From Lepidodermella squamata (Eukaryota; Animalia; Gastrotricha), in NCBI GenBank assembly GCA_047495785.1, contig JBLDXI010000021.1, forward strand, positions 2,542,001 through 2,606,000: a stretch of DNA of 64,000 nucleotides, read 5' to 3'. Shown one piece after another: positions 11,261 to 24,830 of this stretch. The first letter of the stretch is position 1. The number at the start of each line of letters is the position of its first letter. Made by a program: the position numbers and the translations under genes. The notes beneath the pieces are model-generated. The model made no database searches. It was not told the DNA's origin and saw only the letters and a list, made by a program, of their open reading frames with translations.

Positions 11261-14200
11261 CTAACACCTCGTGTTTATCACATTGGCGACCTCAGCGACA
11301 AACGCAGAGAGGAATGTTTTTGCTGCCTGTGAAGCTCTAACGTCAATGGTAATCCCTAGAGCGGCGGAAGACGCCTGCTGCTGCTGCTTCAAGAGCACGC
11401 ATAAATGATCGCCTGTGATCGTCCGGCCATGTAAAGCGACCGCAGTCGCCGGCGTTGATGAGCCGCTAGGTCGTTCGACAATGGACAAGTGCAAATCTGT
11501 GGAGACTCGTGCGGCCACAGCATCTACGGCATGGCTGGATTTGGCCGTGGCATTAGCACCTTCGCGTTCCGTAAGCAGGCCAGAGGTCATGAGTTGCTGC
11601 AAGGAGTCGGCAGTAGAGTATGGTTCGGCGTACACAAACGCAGAGGCCGGCGGCTGCAGTCGAAATTCGACTTGATCTTGGTTGGCCGTGCCAGAGCTAT
11701 CAGTGGCTTTGGTTACATAGGACAGCGTGCCTCTCATACGAGGCAAGGTGGTTGAATTAAGAGCTTCCTCGCTAACAACCAAAGTGAAGGAACCGTCACT
11801 TTTCTGATAGGGCAGCACTGATGCAGGCAGTCGCATGCTCTTCTTTGATCGATGAAGTGACAGGACACCACCTGGTGCGTCGAGTAAAGTCAGCTCGAAT
11901 TCTTTCAACTGCATCGATGCCGAGAGGTTCTGTATACAGGCAGTGACGACGATTTGTTTGTCATCAGAATCGGCAGGACGAGCCTGGAAGCTAAAGCGGA
12001 TTGTTGAATTTTCTGCCAACAAAGTATAACCGCTAGGAGGTGTCATGGCATGCAGCTGATCGACGCTCGGCGAATCTGGAATGTTTCCAGGGGTTGCTGA
12101 GCCGCTGTCAAAGTCTACCTCATATTCGGAGCGATCGGGAGCCGGCCCTAACACAGCGACCAGGTCGTCTTGCAATCCGCCCGACGGAGATGCAACACCG
12201 GAGACGGCGGGCTCTTTCGACTTCTTGCCTGACTTGACTTTTTCGCCCGCTTTCTTACCAGCCTTCTTTGTGGGCGATCCAACCGACAGTTTTTTCGTTG
12301 GAGTTGAAACAGCAGGCGTCGCAGGTGTAGCCGGTGGTTGCGCAGGTGTAGCTGGTGCAAGCCAAAAGTCGAGCTGAAATATTAACAGTCATTCAAAGTA
12401 AGCACTGTCAGGCACTTCACTCACATCGTCGGCCTGGCTGTTGACCTCGACGACAGCAGGCTTCACTACATCAGCAACTTCATTAGCCGTTTCGGCCACG
12501 TTTACATCGGTCGACTTTTTACTCTTCTTCTTTTTCGATTCACTTTCTGGAACCTTTTTCTTCTTCTTTTTCTCGGCAGGGGCTGCTTCTTTGGAAGCGG
12601 GTTCAGCACCATTTGCAGCTAATTTAAGGCCTTTGACGGCCGTTGTTGACGAGACCGCTGACTTCCCATTGGAACTAGGTGGAGGACTGGCAGAAGTAAA
12701 TAATTTTAAACATTCGAGAGGTTAACAGTGAAACAAGGACTTACGCAGGGCCATCTAGGTTTATTTCGGCAAGCCGGCGGTGCATGGCATCTTCGACCGT
12801 TGTCGATTTGGTCATACGGGCTTTGTTCGGGTTTTTTTCTGAATCTGACAAATCGGCACCTTCAGGCATGTCAAAAGCGGTGCTGACTACAACAGGTGCA
12901 GCTGGAATATCCTCGTCTTCGGGCGATGCGGCTTTCTTGCTCTTTTTACCCTTCGCGCCTTTCTTGGGCTTCTTGTCATGACTCGGACTCGGGGACGAGC
13001 CGAAATTCATTTCGTATGAGTTTGATTGTTCAAGCATGCTACCTCCCCCGAATCCGCCACCCCCTCCGCTTCCGCGCAGAAGGGTTCCCTCCGATGATTC
13101 CGGCTCGGTAGCCACAATCAACTTGCTAGTGACACCCTGTAGCTGCTGAACACGAGGCAGAGAGGCATTGTCGTTTTTGGCCTTTGATTTAGTGCTCGAT
13201 TGCTTCAAATAGTGAGGATTCGACTCTTGCTCAGCAAGTCGCTGCTCACGTCGGCGTTGCATTTCCTCCGGACTTAGCTGTACAGTCGGTGAGCTCGTCT
13301 CCGCTCGCTTACCAGCTGGAGTTGGAGACATCGATCCAATATTGAAGGCGCCTGCTTCAACTTCGCCGCTGCTAGCAGGAGAAATGTCTTCAGGTGGTGG
13401 TTCATTAATCCATTTATCAAGGTCTAGACCATCCGGAATCGGCACCTTTCGCTGGGCCTTGGGAGCAACAGGATTCAGCTCGCCGTCGAAAAGGGCCGCT
13501 AGATCAGAAACTACAGTCAGCAACTTGGCATGGCTGTTCTTACTAGCAGCGTCTACGAAATCAATCAGGGCCTGAAAACTGCTAGCGCGTTCCTGAACCT
13601 CGAGATCGGCGCTCTGAATGAAGTCTGACGACAAAGCCTTACGCACACGCTCGTTCAACACGCGCACCGCGTCAGAACTAGCTTCATCGTTGCCGTTTTC
13701 CTCGGTATCTTCATGACTAGCACCGTTTTCTTCAACATGCTGCTTCAGCAAACGCGAGTATATTTTAGCAGCGTTTTGCAAGTAAACAGCTTGAATATGT
13801 GGCGGTAATTGGGAAGCACGAGCAACTAGCAGGGCTTCCAGTGTGTCACTTGGATGAGGCAGGTGGTTCGAAAATTCGCCACAGATCCACGCTGCAGCAT
13901 AAAGAACTTCGCATGGGCCATTAGGTTGCAATGCACCCTGGGCGTAAAACGACTGCGGGTTCTGCAAAATTATTGTCATTTGCTGAACAGCGTAAGGTCG
14001 GACAGCAGAGACGCGGATGGCCACGTCAAGAATTTGAGCTGCAATGGCTTCGCCACGCTTCATGCCCTGCAGTCGAGCAAGTTCGACTAGTACTGATATG
14101 TACCACTCAAAATTGGTAACATATTGATAATTCGATTGCGAACAAATTCCGATGACTTTAGCAACAATTTCGTCGCGATAGTGCGAACCTTCCGCCTTTT

Positions 14201-15519
14201 CGGCATGAGCAATCAGTTTGCGCGATATTTCGACTAGGTTTTTTCGAGAAACCATGCCATGAAGCAAATCCAGAGCTCGAAGACGAATTGACTCGTCCCG
14301 ATCATCTAGACAGGCCAGAATCAGGTCTTTGTGTGCTTGTACTGGTTTTGGGTGAGCCTCCAGAATTTTTGACATCGCGAGGAGCCCCAGGTACTTCAAA
14401 TTTTGATCGGCATCCTCAATCAAAACCCGGAGCTGAAAAAAAACATAAAAAATTTACTTATCTGTTGGAATTCAATCGCAGCGATTAGTTACTTTCTGGA
14501 CGCAGAGCTGTATCGCCGATGCATGCTCGGGCGGGGGTGAATCAGAAGGATCCTCTTTCCCAGCAGGAGGCCGAGCAGTAATGGACAGCAATACGGCAAT
14601 TACTGTCTGAATACATTCGTAGAGCAGAGACATAGCTGATGTGCTGTGAATCAAATTGGTCAGAGGTTCAAGCAACTTCTTGCCCAAACGAGGTTCGATT
14701 GGCGTCAAGGCTCCGAATAATTTGATTATTTTTATCAGCACCCAGTTGTTAACGGAACTTGTCATAAGCTTGAAGAATACTGGCGCAAGAGGCAGATAAT
14801 TCTGCGGATTGCGCCTTGCCAATTCACAAATTACATGAACCGCAGCAGATTGCACACCTGGGTCGGGATCTTCCAGTTTTTCGCGTAGACGAGGGAAAGC
14901 GGATCTTAAAGAATCCGGATGATTTAAGAAGACCTTGTACATAAGAAGGACAGCCTTCTTTCTGATATACGGCTTGGTAGAATTCATTAACGTCACCACG
15001 TCGTTTCCGAGGTCTCGAGCTAAATCAGGCGTTATGAAGCATGACAACGAAGTTATAGCTAATCCAGCGTCATAGTAATTGTGGCTGTTAAGGTCTTTTC
15101 GAAGCAGATTAGTCGATAACATGAGCACATCGAGGTCTTTATGGAAGCATTGACTCGCAGCGAGATAGCCGATCCGCTTGTAAGTAAATTTCGAAGAGCT
15201 CATAACTTCGATGATGTTGAATGCTGCCCAGCTTATGTCATACCCTAACATTTGAAGCTGTCGAGTAAAAAAATGATTAGATAAGTAATAAGCGTAAATA
15301 TTCATCAGCGTAATAACATACGTATGTTAGCTTAGCGATCGCGTTTGCCTTGACAGAGACATTTTCTTGACGCAGCTCTTGCTTGATTTCTTCGAGGCAT
15401 TCAGAAATAAACTTGGCCTCGTTATTTTTGTGGGTTCGTATGCCCCGAACAAGGTCTTGTAGATTTTTATCAAGCACGCGCTCCAATCCACTCTTCACTT
15501 TTTTTAGTGTCAGTGACAT
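11261..15519 (-). CDS. AP3D1: AP-3 complex subunit delta
   Basis: Exons 15519-15322, 15257-14493, 14432-12745, 12686-12425, 12373-11261. Motifs DKNLQDLVRGIR, KRIGYLAASQCF, DQNLKYLGLLAM, SADLEVQERAS, ELNPVAPKAQRKVPIPDGLDLDKWIN, DLDFWL. Confidence 0.96.
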
Positions 15520-17440
15520 AATAAAACCAAAATCCCTATTAATAGGTTGATGAATGAATCAACTAATGATTTGTCGACAATCGAACATTAGAATATACAC
15601 CTTTTGTAGAAAAGTACAAACAATACATAAGTCATAAGTATACAGCGAATTTAGTGTATTTAGTCCGATTTTTATCAAAGGCTTGTGGGATGATGCCAAT
15701 ACTTTCAAGTTATGCCTCATCTGAAGAAGATCGCCTTAAACCATACTTAAGCACAATGCAACATGACAGTTTATTGGAAACGCAAGTGTTGTTATCATTC
15801 TTCTGAACCTCTAATGCAAATTCGGAAATTCCGGCCTTTTCAAAGTTAAAAACGGTCAGATGGAATGAATTATGCACTGTGTAATATAGTAAAAAACACT
15901 CAATTTGCTGTACTTGGAGGCAGACTAAATTTGTTGGAGACAAACTATAGACCTTCATCATAGGATGCAGCTGAGGAATGGGGAACCCACTCAACATCTA
16001 GCCCGATACGATCAGCAATAAAGAGCTGAAAATCGTAATTAAAAAAATCGTGTCACAGCCACCATGCCGATTTCAACCATCATCACTAGAAAGCGGTGGC
16101 AATACCTGGGTCACGCACTTCGCAGCGACTCCGCAACAACGGGCGACGGAACGGATGAAACAGGTGAGCAAAGCAACTGAGTCGCGCAGTTTGTACAGTG
16201 TACAGTTGGCCGTCAGTCCTTGCTTCAGGCCATTTGCGGCTCTGCGGCATTCGCTTCAACAAGAAAAGGACTACCTCTCGCCCGCGCGGGGTTATCTGGA
16301 TTCAGCTATCATCATAACAGTTGAAGGTCATTTTATTTCTAATTGGCATTTCTCATGTAAATTAGTATTCAAAATTGGAATACTGCAAATCAAGCGGGTG
16401 AATTTTTATATTTTTTTTTACGAAAATCACGAAAAAAATTAACACGACAAAAGACATCTTTCGGCTATGGCTGCTGCGTGCATTCATGTTTCTTATTCAC
16501 CTGATGTTCTTTCATCGGTGCATGTGCCGACCTACGGCTTTTTTGTTCTTATTTCTCGTTTAGCTGAGAAAGCAAAAAATGGCTGCCTGGAATGAGCTCC
16601 ACTTTTGTTTGACGCTGCTCCTGACAGAATTTGGCCTAAATAAGGATCAGTTTTTCCTCCCATCTGCGCCCGTTGGATGGAAGTGAGAATCCAGCGTATA
16701 ATTACATACGTACCTATATAATAGTGTTGAAGTTTGAAGTTTATCTTAATTGTCTTTAATAGCAGTTAGCTGTTGTGCTTCTACTCCTAGGCAAAACATC
16801 TAGTTGAAACCTTTCTTTTCTAACAAGTCCAAAAATAGGTGCGTATTATTTCGCAGACACACTGTATTTGTGTTGCGCGTGGGCTCATAGACGATATTTC
16901 CGTTATGTCTTTCCTCTTGCCCATCCAATTTATCAAGCTGTGCACAAATTGGATGGGCGTTGTGCGTTGTGCCTTTCCTGCACGCCATTTTGATTGACAA
17001 TTGTTTTTAATTCAAAATTCTTTTCGCCGGTTTTTTCTGTTGTTTTGCTTCTTCACCTTCAAAAGGTTCATGTTATTTACCTTATTCATATTGCAGTTTT
17101 CTATTCTGTAATCTGCAATCTGGTGCGGCTTACTCTGCGTCCGGTTCTTGGTCTGTGATTCGCATTTTGTCCAGTCACCCGAAATGGTCCGGCTTATAGC
17201 TAATTGAAGTCTGGTTTCAGTGAACTTTCAGTGTATACAAAATTGATACCAAAGACACTTAGAAGGCATGATTAGCTTGCACTAACTTTTGACTTGTGAT
17301 CCCAGGCCTGTAAAAACTAACATGTAAAGCCTTGTGCCTGGTTTCCTTTCTCTAAAGCATGAAAACCAACATGACATTGCTTTTATTTACTCCGTTTCAT
17401 CTATTCACAATTATATTTAGTCAACGTCGTTTTAATCGTA

Positions 17441-19191
17441 ATGGATGGTTCGGCCCCGTCATCATCTTCTGGCTCCAATCAAAATAACCCAGATTCCGCT
17501 CCATTGCCACGACAGCACGCAGGTTCAGATAACCTCGCCCAGAATGTAGCCCAAATATATCAAGCTCCTACGATTAACAATGTGGCTAGCGCCTCTTCTA
17601 ACGTTCAGTCTTCTTCCCTTTCTGGATCTGTGGCGACTTCATCATCTGCTGTTCATTCTGTTGGCTTCAATCAGAACACAGCTCAGAGCAGTTCTTCTAA
17701 TACTGGATCTGAAAATTGGTGTTACACTCAAGTCAGGGTGACGAAATGGTCTGTTTTCTCTAATAATTCTAAATTTTGAATTGGATCCCTTTCTTTTAGT
17801 TCATACGTATGGCAAATCGCTAATTTCAGTTTCTGCCGCGAAGAAATGGGGGAGGTCATAAAATCGTCCACTTTCTCAGCGCAAACTGCTGCTCAAAACA
17901 ATGGTTCGAGTGATAGATTAAAGTGGTGCTTGAGGATAAATCCCAAAGGACTGGACGAAGAATCTAAAGATTACCTTTCTTTGTACTTGCTACTGGTTCA
18001 ATCAAACAAAAACGAAGTCAGGGCGAAGTTCAAATTTTCTTTACTAAACTCGAACGGGGAAGAATCTAAAGCAATGGAGTCGCAAAGAGCCTATCGTTTT
18101 GTCCAAGGGAAAGATTGGGGTTTCAAGAAGTTCATCCGCCGCGATTTTCTGCTTGACGAAGCAAACGGCCTGCTTCAAGATGACCGCCTAACTATTTATT
18201 GCGAAGTGATGGTTGTCGGAGATACGCTCAATATTTCTGGTAACACGACTCCTGTTCATTCGGTGCGAGTTCCAGAATGCACGCTCTCTGAGGATCTCAG
18301 CGGATTGCTTTCAAGAAGCTCATTCGCAGATACTATTTTGATTTCTAGTGGTCGAAGATTCCCGGCCCACAGATGTATACTTGCGGCAAGGTCTCCAGTC
18401 TTTCGTGCGATGTTTGATCATGCTTGGCGCGAAACGTCCCAGTCTGAGTCTGTTGTAGATGTCGGTGCAGATACCGAACCAGAAGTTGTTGAAGCAATGC
18501 TTGAATTCATTTACACGGTAGGCTTATCATTAATTTTATCTCGTGAACAGTATATTTATTTTTGCTTGTGTAGGGAAAGTGCTCCAATTTAGGACTGCTT
18601 GCTGGAGATCTGCTTGCGGCTGCGGATAAATATCAATTAGTAAGATGAATATTTCAAGGTTTGATATTGTGCTCAAAACTGTCGATTACAGGATCGTCTG
18701 AAAGCGTTCTGTGAGCAATGGCTGGCCGATAACCTGACTATAGATAGTGCGGCTGACACACTTGCACTTGCTGACTTGTGAGTTATCTAATCTTAGCTTC
18801 CTATTTCATTATCGGGCGCATTATAGGCACTCCGCTGGTCAGCTCCGAAATGCCGCGCTTGAATTCATCGACAATCACGCGCTTGATGTCGCCGGTATAA
18901 TTTTCGTTGATAGCTACGTTTTCGATTAAATACCGATCATCATACATTTCAGAGTCATCTGGCTGGAAACAAATGCTTCTTAACAATCCAACGTTGGTTG
19001 CTGAAGCCTACAGATCACTGGCCGCCCACCAGCCACCTCTTTTCTCCGGTCCATCGCGGCCTAAAAGACCGCGCCTAATGCCTAGTACAGCTGCATCTGC
19101 TGCCGCCCCTGTCGCTGCTCTCAATATGCTTCATCAACAGCACCGGCATGTATCTGCCAATCACAATCAGGGAAATAGTAACAACGCGTGA
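17441..19191 (+). CDS. SPOP: Speckle-type POZ protein (MATH-BTB-BACK; roadkill/SPOP)
   Basis: [95 protein letters not shown]-terminal PKRPRL NLS. Five short introns. Confidence 0.96.
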
Positions 19192-19485
19192 TAAAGATGT
19201 CGCTTCAGTGCGTGCATAATTTGGGTTTGAATCCATTTGAGTGGAAACGAATTGTTGAAAGTCGACGAATATCTTCCGTGTTATTGTATACCACATCATT
19301 AAAATATGATAATTACGGCACAAATTGTAGATATCTGTGCGATAATATGATTATATTTGAAGTGAGCGGTTGAAATTATCATTGTTCTTGGCTGTTTGTT
19401 TATAAATTGATAATTATATTTAACACCGATTGTAATAATGCCATAACTTGAATGATTTTCCATTTCTTTTAGTGTTTAACGAGGT

Positions 19486-21814
19486 ATGATCGGAATGGTT
19501 ATCGTTACGGTAGCATTAGGAGGAGTCGTTGCGCTCGCTGTATACGCTTACTTTTCATGGCGTGCTCGCCGCGAATCTGCTCAAACTTACAGCTTCCGAA
19601 CTGTTCAAACTTTACCTCAAGATAACACAGATTCGGGGTCAGGCGATGGCGCATCTGGCAGCGCTCCTGATAATTTCGTCGCCAAAATGAAAGCGTCTAA
19701 GAAATCGATGGTTGTTTTCTATGGTTCTCAGACAGGCACTGCTGAAGGATTCGCTTATCGTCTTGCCAAAGATGCTCGCCGCTACGGTATTGGCTCGATG
19801 GTGATGGACCCTGAGGGGTGCCCATTTGACGCTCTCACAGACTTGAAATCACTCGAGAACCCCCTTGTCGTATTTTGCGTAGCCACTTATGGCGAAGGCG
19901 ATCCCACGGACAACGCTCAAGAGTTATTCGAATGGCTACAACATGCTCCAGAATCTGGCGTCGACCTTACCGGTGTTAACTTCGCAGTATTTGGTCTTGG
20001 GAACAAAACCTATGAAAACTTCAACACCATGGGTAAATTGGCAGACAAACAAATGGAGGCACTGCATGCCAACCGCATCTGTGACTTGGGTCTCGGTGAC
20101 GATGACGCGAACATCGAAGACGACTTTGTAATTTGGTGTGAGAAATTTTGGGCTGGCGTCTGCTATAAATTCAACATTTCTCCGAACGCGAATAATGATG
20201 ACCCAACCAAAGGCTCTCGTCAGTACAAACTTGTAGAGTACGATCAACGCGAAGACAGGCCACCCCTCGACAATCTATTCACCGGTGAACCTGCCCGCCT
20301 GCGCTCTTACGCCGCCCAGAAACCCCCTTTCGACGCGAAAAATCCCTTTCTTGCTGGAATTATTGCTAAACGAGAGCTTCACAAAGGCGGAGAGCGATCT
20401 TGTCTCCACATTGAAATCGATATCAGCGGTAAGTGCTCTACGAAAAAAGATATCCCCAAGCATTTAGAGACCTTCCAATTTCTCTAGAGATATAGCCTAG
20501 CGAATAAAAAAGGCGCATTAGGCGCAACTTCCTTGTATTTTCCACAGTTGCGCTACAAATGGCACACTAATGAGATAAAACTAGCTCCTTCAATTGTTTA
20601 TGATGCTGTATCGTTTGTCCGTTGATTTTAGAGCCATAATCAATAATACCTAGTTTAAAAACCTCCCCGACTGTTTTCTTAGAGCACCCATGAATTATTA
20701 ATATTTTTTGCATTCCACAGGCAGCCGAATGCGTTACGACGCGGGCGATCACTTGGCTATTATTCCTGAAAACAACCCTGAACTCGTCGAGGCTTTGGGA
20801 AAGCGACTTGGTGCGGAGTTGGAGCGTGCTTTCCTACTCGAGAACGTCGACCCAGAAGCGACTAAGCGCCATCCGTTTCCTTGTCCTACGACTTACAGAA
20901 CTGCGCTGACGCATTATGTAGACATCACTTCGCCGCCGCGAACGCACGTTCTTCGCGAGCTCGCTGAGTACACCACCGATGACAAAGAGAAAGAAAAGCT
21001 TCGGAAGATGTCTTCGCCGTCAGATGAGGGGCGTGCTGAGTACGCCGATTGGGTGCTTGGTTGCCGCCGCGACTTGCTCGCCATTCTAGAGGACATGCCC
21101 AGCTTGAATCCTCCGATTGAATTAGTTTGTGAACTGCTGCCTCGCCTGCAACCGAGATATTACTCGATCTCATCATCACCCAAGGTGCATCCCACTGCTG
21201 TCCACGTTACATGCGTCGTCGTTGAGTATACGACCAAAACCGGCCGCACGGCCCGTGGTGTATGTACCAACTTTCTGCGAGACAAACCTGTCGGTGAAAA
21301 AATCCCGGTTTTCATTCGTCGCTCGCAATTCCGGTTGCCCTTCAGGCCGAGCGTGCCCGTCGTCATGGTTGGTCCAGGCACAGGCCTGGCTCCTTTTAGA
21401 GGTTTCATCCAAGACCGCTGGTTTGCCAAGAAAGAGGGCAAGCCTGTTGGCGATACTGTCTTGTTTTTCGGCTGTCGTAATAGCAAAGAGGACTACTTGT
21501 ATGAAGATGAATTAGAAGAATGGCGCTCTGACGGCACTTTGACGCAGCTGCATACCGCTTTCAGCCGAGAAGGGAATAAAAAAGTATACGTACAGCACCT
21601 TATTCGTCAGAATGCGCCGGAAATTTGGCGCCTTGTTAACACGGGGCGCGCCCACATTTACGTTTGCGGTGACGCGCGTCAGATGGCGCCTGATGTATAC
21701 AGTGCTTTGGTGGAAATTTGTGCTGAGCACGGCCAAATGGAGCGTTCGGCAGCGTTGGAGTACATGAAGCGGCTTTCGAAACAAGGGCGCTACTCAGCAG
21801 ACGTTTGGTCTTAG
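19486..21814 (+). CDS. POR: NADPH-cytochrome P450 reductase
   Basis: N-terminal TM, YGSQTGTAE, ATYGEGDPTDNA, LQPRYYSISSS, VGPGTGLAPFRGF, C-terminal RYSADVWS. Single intron 20429-20720. Confidence 0.97.
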
Positions 21815-22876
21815 TTAAACAACTTGACTCGACTCAGAAATGACTTTATCTTTAGCTGAAACATTAGGAATACTATAATGATGATATATTTAAATTTTGT
21901 TTATTGTAATGTATGATAGTGGGCGACTTGACGATGGAAAGCACTGTGCGTGAGTTGCGTTTAGTTGACAGGGCAATAATTTTTCAACGCCCTTCGAACT
22001 GCTGTTAGCTCTTAGCCGGATCTTTATTTACAAACGATTATGTTGCAATTAATGAGCTTGCGTTTTACAGAGATTTCATTTGTTACACGTGACTTGATTG
22101 ATGATTTTTCTGCCCATATTTCTTGGCAGAGGCTTTAAAGTTGTTCGCAAATATCGGTGCGTCACATTCCCGTTGAAATATAAACTTAACTACTTTTGAT
22201 TGATACACGTTTGTGCTCCTCTTACCTATATGGACGAGTAAATTATACAAAAAAATTTCGTCGTTTTTTGTATTTGATTGAGTTGCAACCTCCTTAGCGC
22301 ATGTTTCATGACGGCCAATCGACCTCCGTAGTCGCAGAAGAGAAACTGTAATTTAGCACTTGAAGAGGAATCAAATGATAACATATATATTGAGCATTCA
22401 GTGAAAAACACCTTCCATCCATCTACTTTGGTAAAATACCCAAGTATATTCAGTTGCCAAGAATTAAATGGAAGATATTGACGCTGGGTAGTGGTGACGG
22501 ACAAGCAAATTCGCTTTATAAGGTAAAGCTGAATCTTTTAGCGCATGATTCATTAAGATGGTTGAAAATGTTATGATAAACTTCTTGATAAATATGGATT
22601 CCTCAGTTTTATTAACTCTGGCTAATTAATGAATGTAGCATACGTGCCTATGATAAAATAATATTTTAACGACAGCACTTCCACTGCAAATTACTTTCAG
22701 TTGAGCTTCATTCATACCTCAGCTCCACTCGAGTCGCTAGATGTTGAGTTACTTTGTCCTGTCGTTGAGTTCCTATTGTTGTAGGCTGCAGCTCCTCATG
22801 AAAACTGAGGTGGTCAGTGAATCACTCCTCTTGAAGTGCGGTGAACCATCAAAACGGAATAATAAATTGTTTGCAG

Positions 22877-23781
22877 CTACCAGTATTTGTGATTTATTGG
22901 CTTGGGTCTGAAAATTAACGTTGCCAAAACCAAGTATATGGTGGTAAAAAACGAAGAAACGGACAAACCGCCCGAAAATCCTGACGATTCCCAGTTAGAA
23001 ATAAACGGGGAGAGTCTAGAAAGAATAAATACCTTCAAATATCTAGGAAGCATAATTAGCTCTGACGGTACTTGCACTCTGGAAATAGAAGAGAGAATGC
23101 AAAAGGCCGGGTCTTGTTTCGGGGCATTAAACAAATTCATAAATAATAAATCGCAAGTCAGTATCCCTGCAAAAATGAAGGTTAAGCGAGCTGTGACTCC
23201 GACACTCCTCTACGCTTCTGAAAGTTGGAATGCAACCGCAGCTCACCAACTGAGGCTGGATGTTGTGCAGATGAGGTGGCTTAGGGCCAACGTCACAATT
23301 ACGGACAAAATCAGAAATGATGACACAAGAAAAATCTGTGAAGGTATAGAACCTATCTCAGCTCAAATAGAACATAACCGACTACGTTTCTTAGGGCACA
23401 TTCTTAGAATGAATGACGATAACCTAGTCAAGCAAACATACTTATGGACCCCACCCAAGGGCTGGCATAGGAAGTTAGGCAGGCCCAGGGTAGGATGGGA
23501 TTATTGTAACACTCAAAGCTTATTGCAAGCAAAAAGTCTTGAAAATTACAAAAATTTTGTAAGCGTCTACAATGAAAAATGTCTAAATTGGGACAAAATT
23601 GAGGAGACAGCTTGTGATCGGTCTAACTGGAGGGCCTTCATTCGCGAACTTCTGGCCTTCAGGTCGCGGGGAACGGAATCTACTAGACTTCTCGCTCTCG
23701 CCGTCGTTAAAACTTTATTGTATGCCTCACCAACGCAAAACGACGATAAATAAAAACCAAATGATGATGATGATGATGATG
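22877..23781 (+). mobile_element. RTE-like LINE, 5'-truncated, with (ATG)n tail
   Basis: GLKINVAKTKYM, FKYLGSII, LLYASESW, RLRFLGHILRM, RKLGRPR, DRSNWR. (ATG)7 tail at 23761-23781. Confidence 0.85.
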
Positions 23782-24246
23782 GCTTGGTAGTCGGCTAAAA
23801 TCTGATTTTTTTATTTTTTCTGATTTGGCTGCGATTTTCTGACCAACAGTGGGGAGTGCTTCGCTGAGAACATTTGCGGCTTTTGGAATGGACGAGTTTT
23901 CATCAGCTGGTGATTTGTCGCAGAACCTCCCATATCTTGCGGCTGTTTCTCCGTGCTTTGGCTATACGCTTTTGGCAATGGCCATATATTAATTGCTCGG
24001 ATTCCCGGCAGTGATCTTTATTCAAGGCCATTGACTTGGTTTCATCTTCACCCGAAAACAGATCAACTTTCCAGACGCAGAAGCCTATTTCGCTGAAACG
24101 GCGGTACAATTGATTTATACCTAAGCTGAATTGAAGCTGAATTAATTCATAAGGACTTTTGGGAATGCTACCACCACACTTTCCGTTGCTGTGACTTGTG
24201 CCTCAGGGGCATGAAGATCGAGCAGCAGAATTTATTTATTTATTTA

Positions 24247-24828
24247 CCGTATATTCCGTAATAGCTTCATATACCCGTTATTACCGCCCGTCCCGTTTAC
24301 AACCCCCCTTTTTAAGCCCTTTGAAAAATTAAAGCCTCATACTCGCAATAGCTACCCGGGACCTAAATTCAAATTCAAACTTTGAAAATCGCATTCTAAA
24401 ATAATAGCGCCTATCGTTTTGAAATTCCATTTCTGAGGCGTTTGATGGGCTTGTTTGATAGAAAATGGCGAAACATAGCCGAGTGAGAGAAGTTCAGCAA
24501 CGAAAATTGCCAAAGTAGCTGTCGATTTCCTAGCATTCATGATTTGAAGAAAACTAACATTTTAATATTTCAAAAATTTGCATAAAAATGGCTGAAATCT
24601 CGCAATCAAACGATGGCGTTCTCGATTTTAATGAAAAGCTGTTGACTTTACAAGCTGTAGTTCAAAAATTATCAATTTATTCTTATTTTTACTCAATTTC
24701 AACATTTGAAAACTTGCTTTGAAACAATAAAGTCGCATGCTCGCAATTGTAACACGTCCCGTTTACAATCCCCCTTTTTCGAGGCTTTGAAATTACAATG
24801 CCCCCTGAAGCTAATACGGAATATACGG
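24247..24828. mobile_element. Tc1/pogo-type MITE inserted in the (TAAA)n tail of the neighbouring LINE
   Basis: TIR CCGTATATTCCGTAATAGCTTCA / TGAAGCTAATACGGAATATACGG, TA on both sides, duplicated internal CCCGTTTACAA motif. Confidence 0.8.
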
Positions 24829-24830
24829 TA

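Noticed and set aside
16070-16170. 130-aa ORF region between AP3D1 and SPOP
   Set aside because: Another frame reads PISTIITRKRWQYLGHALR, a small RTE-LINE remnant. There is no support for a host gene.
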